64,000 nt of DNA from Antedon mediterranea (taxonomy: Eukaryota > Animalia > Echinodermata), in contig NC_092680.1 in NCBI RefSeq assembly GCF_964355755.1, forward strand, positions 7,812,001-7,876,000. The letters run 5' to 3'. A program made the position numbers and the translations under genes. Numbering within the stretch: the first letter of the stretch is position 1; every line of letters begins with the position of its first letter. Of the stretch, positions 12,967 to 23,002 are shown piece after piece. Under the pieces are notes generated by a model. That model saw only the letters and a program-made list of their open reading frames with translations. It ran no database searches and had not been told where the DNA came from.

Positions 12967-14021
12967 GAACTTTCCGGACTTTAGTATTTTCGTTCAAAAT
13001 AACTTCAAACACTATCAATTGTGTACTGTTTCTAAAGGCACCTCTTTGCCAAAAGTTGATGTGCTTGGATATCCTCCCCCAAATTTACGGTAATAAAATA
13101 ACCACAAGGCAGGCAGGACAACAATCTGAGATTTATGTTAGGTAATAAAAAGCAATCAACATAGTATAAAATACATATGTATAATGGAAAATAAGTAAAT
13201 TACGTATTGAAAATAGAGTATTCTACATTTAAGCTTAGAGCTTGCGGATTTGTTTTTGTTTTTCTTTTTGTAAGTTATTAGATTTTTTGATTTGAATAAA
13301 ATCTTTCTGAAATAAAAAAAAGAATTGTTACAAGACGTTGATGTGCTTAGATGTCTGTCACTAGTAATACTATTTTTATTTTCTGCTACATAATTTTGGT
13401 GATTTCTACGTCATAGATCCAATGTTCCCGGATATCGCATCAGGACGCATGCGCAGCAATAAAAGTCAAAGTCGAATTGCTATAATTATAATAAGTAACT
13501 CATGAGTGCATCTTGCATACGACTAGTTTCCTGACCACAATAAAACATTTATATTTAGTGAAATACCTGTAATAAATTCTAGTAGTACTGACCCTACGTT
13601 AATGCCACGTCAGGCCTACAATATTAGCCTTATTCTTTCCAAAATCCCCTGCAAAAACACACGTCACTTCTCATTGTGAAACACGTATACCTATCTATAT
13701 CCGTTTTCATTAACAAACACAAAATGAGAGGCAGTACATGACATTACTTTAAATTATTTCTAACACTTCAAACGCAAATTTAAAACAAGGAATATTTCTT
13801 ACAAATAACGCCGCTCAACTGTTTGACCTTTTGACGTAAAAGTTTTAATTATTGTTCTTTCTTCATTAAAAGATGCTTTTTTTTATTGATATTCTATTTA
13901 ATAATTTAAGAAATAATGAATTATCATCAATTATTTTAGTTTAACAATCAGTAGAGTACCGTAAACATTTTGTGTAAGTCAGTTCTGTTTGCTCTGGGTC
14001 CCAACTCGAAATGTCCCTATA

Positions 14022-16174
14022 TTTACCTCCGCCAAGGAGGTATATGTAATCGGTAGCGTGTGTTTGTTTGTTACTTGGCCAAATTGAAAAATTGGCCAAG
14101 TATGTTGATCTGTTTGGTTTGTGTGTTTGTTTGTTTGTTTGTCATCACTCTAGCGCTCACAGTTTTGATTCGAATGACTCTAAATTACTACCATACATGT
14201 CACCTGGTGCAAGGACGACACTGTCCAATTTTGGTTAAAATCTGGACCACGGTCCCAATTCGGGACCACTTTTAAAAATTATTTTCAGACCTGCTAGTGT
14301 TAAAAGATAGGATAGAATTATCAAAAGCCGGTGAGCAGTCTTTAATTAACAAGTAAACTAAAATTGCATTTTCTCGAGAACTACTTCTCCACAAAACTTC
14401 ATTTTTGTACAAGAGGCAACAGTTATAATTTGTGATTTGTGATTTTAAAACATAAGTTGATTTAATATACAGGTTTTTTGATGCGAATAGTTTAAAAAAC
14501 CTATTTCTTTTCAAATTCACCCGTGTGTTTTTCGCGTTGCTGTTTTATTGTTAGTCGACTGAAGCTATTGTTAATTGAAAGGCTTGTTACATAACCTTTA
14601 CACCAAACTCGTATACACATGATTGTAGTGGATTTAGCCTAAAAATCACACAGCATAAGACACACACTTTTGGTAAAAATCGGGTCAAGGTCATTAGGCC
14701 AATTTTGATTTGGCCAAGTATCGCGCTATGCGCGAAGGCTAGTTTGTTTGTTACTTGGCAAAGCACGATAGCGCCTACAGTTTTCAAGTTATCGTTCTGA
14801 ATTTTTGGGTGTAGATAGGTATATATTGTCAGACCATGCCTATTGAAAATCAACAAAATTGGTTTATTAATAACTTCACAAATAACAAAAATGATATTAT
14901 TTTCAGACCGGCTAGTGTTAAAAGATAGGAGACAATTTTCAAAAGCCGGCGAGCAGTCTTAAAGTAACAAGTGTACTGAAATTGCATTTTCTCGAGAACT
15001 ACTTGTCCAAAAAACATCATTTTTGTACAAGAAGCAAGAGTTATAAATTGTGCTTTTTAATTTTAAAACAAAAGTTGATTCAGTGTACCAGCTTTTTTAT
15101 ACGAGTAGTTTAAAAAAACCTATTTCTTTTCAAATTCACCCGTTTGTTTTTGGCGTTGCTGTTCTATTGTTATTCAAATTAAACTATTGTAAGTTGATAA
15201 GTAGTTTTGTTAGCACCAGCGTGTGTCCTTCCTTATTTCATCAGGTATATACTTACAGAACATGCCTATTGATTTTCAGGTAAATTGATATATTACTACA
15301 TGGGTTAAGGCAGAGGCGCGGCAAATCGGTACAGCTTCAAGACACTCCTCGATCATTATTCTGGTCAATCTTGATTTTAGATAGGTCATTGTTGCAATGC
15401 CGGAGTTGTTTGTATCAAAAACTTATTTAAACAAATTATTAACCCCAGCAGGATTTCAACAATGTAAAGCTAATACCTAAAGCAAAAAAAATGTATCTTT
15501 CAACATGCTCCGAGTCAGTGGATATATTTTGCCAAGTATTTCACTCAGTTTCTGAGTGCTTTCATTTGTTTGTTTGTTAGCAGGATTACTCAAAAGGTAA
15601 TTACAAGATCTTTGCCAAAATGAATATACGGATAGATATGTGGTCAAGGACCATTCCATTAAATTTTGGGATCATTTGGGACCATGGTCCCAATTCTGGA
15701 CCACTTTTTCGGTATACTGTTCAGACCTGCTAGTGTTAAAAGATAGGACAGAATTTTACAAAAGCCGGCGAGCAGTCTTAAAGTAACAAATAAACTAAAA
15801 TTGCATTTTCTCGAGAACTACTTGTCCAAAAAACTTCATTTTTGTACAAGAGGCAAGAGGTATAATTTGTGATTTGTAAATTTTTTTTTGATGCGAGTAG
15901 TTTAAAAAACCTATTTCTTTTCAAATTCACTCGTTTGATTTTCACGTTGCTGTTCTATTGTTAGTCAACTGAAGCTATTGTTAATTGAAAGGCTTGTTAC
16001 ATAACCATTACACCAAACTCGCATACACATGCTTGTAGTGAAATTAGCCTAAATCACAAACAGCATTAAGACACAGACATATATATATATATATTTCTTT
16101 TTTACCAAAGAAATCTTATGTAGGAGAATTTTACAGTAGGCGCAGGTATGCACTCTCGGAGTGTCTTTCTAGTT
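14022..16174 (+). mobile_element. Helentron-associated (HINE/DINE-1/pearl-like) element with two sibling HINEs nested in its (GTTT)n tract
   Basis: Outer element: 5' subTIR/hairpin tacctccgccaaggaggta, 3' ggcg(c/g)aggta plus hairpin cactc-tcg-gagtg plus ctagtt. Inner 14072-14744 has tacttggccaa...ttggccaagta and hairpin tcgcgc-tat-gcgcga. Inner 14752-15567 has tttgccaagta and hairpin cactcag-ttt-ctgagtg. No TSD, T-rich targets, and the empty site is visible at ~45728. Confidence 0.8.
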
Positions 16175-16250
16175 CATAATGTGACGTCACTTTATGAGGG
16201 GGAGCTTTCGACATAAAAGTTCGATACTTGCTCAAGCGTGAGGGTGTGCT
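16175..16250 (+). promoter_or_regulatory. Conserved upstream non-coding block ~500 bp 5' of the sulfatase ATG, containing a CRE palindrome GTGACGTCAC
   Basis: taatgtgacgtcac...cgatacttgctcaagcgtgagggtgtg recurs upstream of copy D (~43880-43955) and copy E (~45731-45805), and in diverged form upstream of copy B (~4378-4443). Confidence 0.35.
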
Positions 16251-18109
16251 ATTTAGTATTACGCAGTTAGGTAGATTATTGGATATTTGTTTTCAAGCGA
16301 ATGATTATATGCCATTCTTGCTTACTGGAATTACGTCACGTTGGCCGGTAGCATTATTTTGTTTTCCTATGAGTTTAAAACAGAACTCATGAATATAAGT
16401 TCATGAGAAAATTATGAAATAAATTAGAACATTATAATGCATCCCGGTAAAGGGACGAGATGCCTCTTCCGATGACATTTCACATTACGCACTAGAAAAT
16501 CAATGTCACTCTAATGTACTCCGTTAATCCGGCTTTAAAATTAGCATATCGATTTTAAGATTATTTCACAAAATGATATTCAGACCAGCTGGTTTAGTGA
16601 ACACGCATTTTTTGTTCGTCCTTCTTTGTGTCTAAGTTGCAGAAGAACAAGACCTTTTCGCAGTGATTCTTCTTGTATGAAACGTTCATTCCCATTTATC
16701 TTCTACACTTTTATTTGATTTAAGCATGATTAATAGTGTTATAGCATTGCTTGCTATTGCTCTGCCAGTAGTGGTAGTAGTAGGCCTACTTTCTCGACAG
16801 ATTAAAGTTACAGTTATTAGGCGGAATGTTGAAGAAGTTCCTGTTGTTAAGCCGAACATCGTGTTGATTGTAGCAGACGATTATGGTTTTCATGATATAG
16901 GTTACCACGATTCAAATATTAAAACACCGACTTTAGACAAATTGGCAGGAGAAGGTGTTAAGCTTGAAAAATATTATGTTCAGCCGATATGTACTCCAAC
17001 AAGAAGTCAGCTGATGACTGGTAGATACCAGGTTAGTCCTTTCAGGTTATCTTCCCTCATGGGTGTCCCAAATGAGGGATTTCTATACCATATTAACATT
17101 TTTATTCCAAATGGTTTATTCACCGTTGAACCATTTTCACACCATGTAGACCTTATTTGTTTTTTTCTGTGGTAAACTGAAATTGTATGATTCATACCTG
17201 CTACGTTATTCATAAAGCAGCTCAAATAAATGTTAGTGTGAACAAACTACAGTCTATTAATAGCTGGTTCCGACATTATCAAACGTTATTATGTTATTAC
17301 CTTAAAATTTCTTTTTAAAAATGTTGTCTCCATGATAAATCAATCTTGTTTTTCTCGGTCTTAGAAATTTTAGAATTTTGAGTATAGGAAATACAGTTTG
17401 TATGTGTTTTTTCTATACGATTTTCAATGTGAAGAAGTTAGTTTATGTACCATAGCTCTTTGCAAAAGTATTCCTTGAGATGTATTTTAGGTTTGTTGAT
17501 TTTAATTATCAGATACACACGGGCTTACAGCACGAAATCATAAGGCCATCCGTTCCAAATTGTCTACCTCTCGATGAAGTTACTCTACCACAGAAACTAA
17601 AAGAATTTGGTTATGCAACGCATATGGTTGGTAAATGGCATCTTGGATTTTACAAGGAAGCATGTGTTCCAATTAATCGAGGCTTTGATTCATTTTTTGG
17701 TTAGTAGATTTTTAAGGGTCTATCACTTGTTCCGGCAAATCAAATCGAACGTCAATGTTTCGTTTTCACGACGCTCCACGCTATATGCGCGTAGGTCAGA
17801 TCAATCGATATGTCGTCGGTCGTCGCCTGGACCATCAAACTTGTGTCGAGGCTTTAATTTATTTATAATATTTTCATTTCTTGTAAAGGTCACTATGTTG
17901 GACATGAGGACTACTACACCCATATCAGAGAGGAAGGATATGATTTCTGGGATAACTTCAAAGTAGCGACAGAATACAATAACACTTACTCTACCGTTTT
18001 ATTTGCTACGAAAGCCAAAGCAGTTATCAAGGCTCATAAAAAAAGTAAAAAGGTAGTTACTTTTATTTTAATAATCAAGCAATTGAGCCCGCGAAATTGA
18101 CATTCCATT

Positions 18110-18410
18110 TGTAGAGGCAATTTGCATATGTGTTAGCAGGTGTAACGAACGGCATGCAAACCTTTTTATTCTTTGTCTCTCTCTCTCAACTACCGACCGT
18201 CGAACAAGCAGGACGTATTTATTTTACTTACCGTTGTTTGTTAACACAAGGAACTTTGCGTATCCTGTACATGTACAGAAGAAACCATTATTATTGGAAT
18301 ATATTATGTGTATATAATTACGGAGCCAAGTATAAGAAGTTACTAATGATATTTGAACCCAATGCATGCTCTCACAACACAGTATAGTGGGTAAGTTGGA
18401 TCTCACTAAA
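18110..18410 (+). repeat. 5' LTR (301 bp)
   Basis: Apparently identical to 22615-22915 and 27975-28275; begins TGTAG and ends CTAAA. Confidence 0.95.
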
Positions 18411-18411
18411 G

Positions 18412-18429
18412 TGGTGACCCCGACGTGAT
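18412..18429 (+). promoter_or_regulatory. Primer-binding site complementary to the tRNA-Trp 3' end
   Basis: TGGTGACCCCGACGTGAT, the 18-nt tRNA-Trp PBS, one base after the 5' LTR. Confidence 0.92.
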
Positions 18430-18521
18430 CTAACGAGAGTGCTTGGAATATTTAAATATTTTTCTTCGTCGTTGTTGCAAGATTACTTTGAGTTGTCGTT
18501 GTTTGATACGTGAATGGAATT

Positions 18522-19379
18522 ATGGCGAGACCTTCTCCGGGAAGAGCTACACCGATCAAAATGGCCGCTAGAATGGATGAGGCACCACCTGTGGCGGCTG
18601 CTGTAAGTTTAAAATTGCCGCCATTTTGGCCGAATGACCCACTTATTTGGTTTGCGCAAGTGGAGGCTCAGTTTGTTACCAGAGGAATTACGGCTGAGGA
18701 AACAAAGTATTCGTATATAATTGCTTCTTTGCCGCCTAATATCGCACAGGAGGTTCGGGATTTATTGCTAAGCCCTCCATACCAGAGACCATATACCCAT
18801 TTGAAATCGGAATTGGTTAAAAGGACATCCGTGTCGGAGCAAAAGCGTCTTCATCAGTTGTTAACGGAAGAATTAGGTGATCGCAAGCCTAGTCAGTTAC
18901 TACGCAAGATGTACCAATTGCTGGGGGATCGTGATTTAGAGACATCCATCCTGAAACAGTTGTTTGTGCAAAGATTGCCTACTAATGTTCAATTGATATT
19001 AGCGTCCACCCGTGAGGATATGGACCTTTCAGATCTGGCAGCGTTGGCCGATAAAATTTTGAAAATTTTGGAAGTTTCTCCACCACCACCTACTATTGCC
19101 ACGACAATTAAGGATACGGGTGCACGCGCAACGTCAGATGAATTAAGAGAATTGAGAGCTGAGGTTAGTAAGTTGACCAGCCTCGTTTCTTCCTTGGCGA
19201 AACAAGTCAGAGGCAGAAGCCGTAGTAAACAACGTGAAAGCCGAAAACGCTCGCCCTCTGCTACATCTAATGATGGTTTATGCTGGTATCATCATCGATA
19301 TGGTAACAAGGCACATAAATGTAATTCACCATGCTCTTTTTCCTCACAGAAGGCGGGAAACGACCAAGCCAGCGACTAG
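18522..19379 (+). CDS. gag: Gypsy Gag protein
   Basis: [17 protein letters not shown] motif, [11 protein letters not shown], and a C-X2-H-X9-C-X3-C knuckle ([18 protein letters not shown]). First ATG is at 18522; the ORF track opens at 18510. Confidence 0.9.
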   Translation: MARPSPGRATPIKMAARMDEAPPVAAAVSLKLPPFWPNDPLIWFAQVEAQFVTRGITAEETKYSYIIASLPPNIAQEVRDLLLSPPYQRPYTHLKSELVKRTSVSEQKRLHQLLTEELGDRKPSQLLRKMYQLLGDRDLETSILKQLFVQRLPTNVQLILASTREDMDLSDLAALADKILKILEVSPPPPTIATTIKDTGARATSDELRELRAEVSKLTSLVSSLAKQVRGRSRSKQRESRKRSPSATSNDGLCWYHHRYGNKAHKCNSPCSFSSQKAGNDQASD

Positions 19380-22300
19380 AGACGGCGACAGCTGCTGGCG
19401 TTGGTGAAGGTAGTCGTCTATTTTTTATTTCTGATCGTACTTCGGGACTTAGATTCTTAGTTGACACTGGAGCGGAGGTTAGCGTGTTACCTCCATCAAT
19501 AACAGACAAGTTGCACCGAAAAACTGACTTTGTATTGCAAGCAGTAAACAAATCTACAATATCTACTTATAGGGAGCGTTCCTTAACAGTTGATTTTGGA
19601 TTTCGACGCACGTATAGGTGGATATTTACTGTTGCTGATGTGCCTAATGCGATTATTGGGGCCGATTTTTTACGACGTTTTGGTTTAATTGTGGACTTAA
19701 AAAATCGCCAACTTTTCGATGCTACTACTAGTATCAGTGTCAAGGGAATAGAATGTACCCTAGCATCACTTAGTCCGGTCTTTCCGACCCCAAAAGTAAA
19801 TCCTCGTTTTCAGGAAATATTAAACAAATATAAAACGATTACCAAACCATGTTTTCGTAATGGAAGCGTGAAACATAATGTTACACATCAGATAAATACA
19901 AATGGGTTGCCAGTTTGTGCCAGACCTCGCCGATTATCTTCTGAGAAATTGAAAATTGCACGGGCTGAATTTGATCATATGTTACAATTAGGAATTATAC
20001 GGCCCTCAGATAGTAACTGGTCGTCGCCGCTACACATGGTGCCTAAAGGAACAACAGGTGATTGGAGGCCATGTGGGGACTACCGAGCTTTAAATAATGT
20101 GACTGTTCCAGATATGTACCCCATCCCTCACATTCATGACTTTACCGCGACTCTCTCGGGTTGCAAGATTTTTTCTAAGATAGATTTGGTACGTGCATAT
20201 CATCAAATACCCGTCGATCCTAAAGACATTTCAAAAACCGCTATTACTACGCCGTTTGGCATGTTCGAGTTCTTAAGAATGCCATTTGGTCTTCGAAATG
20301 CGGCACAGTCATTTCAGCGTTTTATTGACCAGGTGTTGCGGGGTATGAATTTCGTGTATGCTTACATTGATGACTTACTTATTGCCAGCATGGATACTGC
20401 TGAACATGAATTGCATCTTCAGGCACTTTTTAAACGTCTCGATGAATTTGGTATCATTGTTAATCCGTCCAAGTGTGTATGGGGTGTGTCTTCACTACAA
20501 TTTTTAGGTCATCAAATTAACGAGTTTGGGATACAGCCATTGCGTTCCAAGGTTGAGGCGATTGAACAGTTTCCAGTACCAGATACTGTGCGTAAATTAC
20601 GTGAGTTTCTGGGATTAATTAATTTCTACAGACGGTTTATACCTAGATGTTCGGATTTGATTCATCCATTAACTGATTTACTTGTCGGTAAACCTAAAAC
20701 GGCGATTGAACTATCTCCGACGGAAATTGAATCGTTCAACAAGGTCAAGTATGCACTCGTCGAATCAACTCTTCTAGAACATCCACATCCTGACGCTGCA
20801 TTGTGTTTAATGGTAGATGCGTCCAATTGCGCTGTAGGTGGTGTGTTGCAACAAATGGTAGCAGGGATTTGGCATCCACTTGCATTTTTTTCCCGACGTC
20901 TAAATCCGGTGGAAAGGAGATATAGTACTTTTGGACGGGAATTACTAGCTACCTATCTTGCAGTTAAGCATTTTCGCCACGTTCTAGAAGCTAGAACATT
21001 TTATATCTTAACTGACCATAAACCTTTAACACACGCATTACGTTCCAGCGCAGATCGATATTCGCCGCGAGAGATACGTCACTTAGACTACGTCTCACAG
21101 TTTACCACGGACATTCGACACGTCAAGGGTAGCGAGAATACCGTAGCAGACGCACTGTCACGTATGGACTTGAATGCAGTGTCAGCTTCATCGGAGCTTT
21201 CTATTGATTATGACGTCATGGCTAGGCACCAGCAAAAAGATGCGGAGTTGCTCGAACATCAGCATAAGTCTGTTTTCAAGTTGAGAGACGTACCGATAGC
21301 GACTAGCGGCGGTACTATTGTATGCGATGTCACCACTGGTAATCATAGACCATTCGTGCCCAAAGGTATGCGTAGGTTAGTGTTTGACTCTTTGCATTCA
21401 CTTTCTCATCCAGGGATTCGAGCTTCACTAAAATTAATCGCTTCACGGTATGTTTGGCCTGGTATGAACAGTGATGTGCGGACATGGGCTAAATGTTGTT
21501 TAAAATGCCAGAAGAATAAGGTTCATCGCCACACTGTGACACCATTAGGTACGTTTGCGACGCCCGACATAAGATTCGACCACGTCCACATAGACTTGGT
21601 AGGACCTCTACCTGTATCGGATGGTTATACTTACCTACTTACATGTATCGATCGCTTTACAAGATGGCCAGAGGCCATATCAATCACCAATATTACCGCT
21701 GAAACTGTAGCCAAAGCGTTTGTCACTGTTTGGGTATCCAGATTCGGTGCGCCATCCACCATCACTACAGACCGTGGTCGTCAGTTCGAATCGGCACTAT
21801 TCACCGCCCTATCTAACATGTTGGGCACAAAACGCATTTGAACAACATCTTACCATCCTATGTCAAATGGATTAGTTGAACGTTTTCACCGCCAATTAAA
21901 GGTTTCGCTTAAGGCTCAAGATGATCCTCAGAAGTGGAGTGAAACTTTACCTTTAGTTCTTCTGGGTCTCCGGACAGCGGTCAAAGTTGATTTAGGCTGT
22001 TCTTCATCGGAACTGGTGTATGGAGCAACCCTGAAACTTCCAGGGCAGTTTGTCGCGCCTACTGATATCGCCTCACATGAGCCTGCGAATTACGTACATA
22101 GATTGCAAAGACACATGCAGAATATTCGACCAGTGCCAACACGAGCGAATCAACGCACCGCACAAATCCACGACGATTTGCGTGAATGTACTCACGTGTT
22201 TGTTCGTTGCGATAGCGTAAAGAAACCTATTCAGTCTCCTTACAATGGGCCATTTAAAGTTTTAAACAGAACTGACAAATACTTTGTTTTGAGCATCGCA

Positions 22301-22513
22301 GGTAAACATGAAACTGTTAGTTTGGACAGACTAAAAGTCGCCTATGTAAATAATGGTAAAGCTATTAACAACTTTCCAGAATCGTCAAGGCAACCGGAAG
22401 CAGGGCTTTCCCCAACCGCAAGTGCTATTCCAGTCGCACCTCCGCCACGGCAAACGCGTAGCGGACGACATGTACACTGGCCACGTAAGCTTGCAGATTA
22501 TGATTGCGGTTGA
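19331..22513 (+). CDS. pol: Gypsy Pol polyprotein (protease, RT, RNase H, integrase) in the -1 frame, interrupted by one nonsense codon
   Basis: LVDTGA protease, MPFGL and YIDD RT, VDAS and TDHKPL RNase H, HHCC zinc finger, IDLVGP and TDRG integrase core, then TGA at 21839-21841 followed in the same frame by [14 protein letters not shown] and a GPY/F module. Confidence 0.92.
19355..19405 (+). promoter_or_regulatory. -1 programmed ribosomal frameshift signal (G GGA AAC plus downstream stem-loop)
   Basis: X XXY YYZ heptamer at 19355-19361 in the Gag frame within the gag/pol overlap. The downstream accaa-gccagc...gctggc-g-ttggt can base-pair. Confidence 0.75.
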
Positions 22514-22601
22514 AGAAATTCTGTTAGTTTATTGTGCTGGAAGTTTTATACTAGAATCATTTTTTTTTATTCATCGCTCGCTAACATTTCATTTGCGATC
22601 T

Positions 22602-22610
22602 AGAGGGGAG
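22602..22610 (+). promoter_or_regulatory. Polypurine tract
   Basis: AGAGGGGAG 4 nt upstream of the 3' LTR. Confidence 0.8.
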
Positions 22611-22614
22611 CTGA

Positions 22615-22915
22615 TGTAGAGGCAATTTGCATATGTGTTAGCAGGTGTAACGAACGGCATGCAAACCTTTTTATTCTTTGTCTCTCTCTCTCAACTACCG
22701 ACCGTCGAACAAGCAGGACGTATTTATTTTACTTACCGTTGTTTGTTAACACAAGGAACTTTGCGTATCCTGTACATGTACAGAAGAAACCATTATTATT
22801 GGAATATATTATGTGTATATAATTACGGAGCCAAGTATAAGAAGTTACTAATGATATTTGAACCCAATGCATGCTCTCACAACACAGTATAGTGGGTAAG
22901 TTGGATCTCACTAAA
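22615..22915 (+). repeat. 3' LTR (301 bp)
   Basis: Matches the 5' LTR at offset 4505; followed by TSD CATT. Confidence 0.95.
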
Positions 22916-23002
22916 CATTTGTTGCTGTTCTGTTTGTGGGTCAGGATTTTTCAAATAATTTATCTTTAAGCGTAGTTTCCACTAGCAACGCAACGTAACG
23001 CG

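Larger units (their letters stand above)
18110..22915 (+). mobile_element. Full-length Ty3/Gypsy LTR retrotransposon, CsRn1/Kabuki-type clade, in intron 3 of copy C
   Basis: 301-bp LTRs at 18110-18410 and 22615-22915; TSD CATT (18106-18109, 22916-22919) confirmed by the empty site in copy B (~9092); tRNA-Trp PBS; PPT; Gag CHCC knuckle; PR-RT-RH-IN order. Confidence 0.95.

Noticed and set aside
14060-15659. Short ORFs in the spacer (also 36649-36897, 40879-41100, 41943-42989)
   Set aside because: They fall within non-coding HINE cores and microsatellites, and frames are not conserved between diverged units.
18130-18406. 85-aa and 60-aa ORFs repeated three times in the window
   Set aside because: They lie wholly within the LTRs; the recurrence reflects LTR identity and they have no recognisable motifs.
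21839-21844. Programmed readthrough or selenocysteine at the integrase TGA
   Set aside because: The context TGA-ACA is not a known leaky context, no SECIS is evident, and a CGA-to-TGA transition is the simpler explanation.
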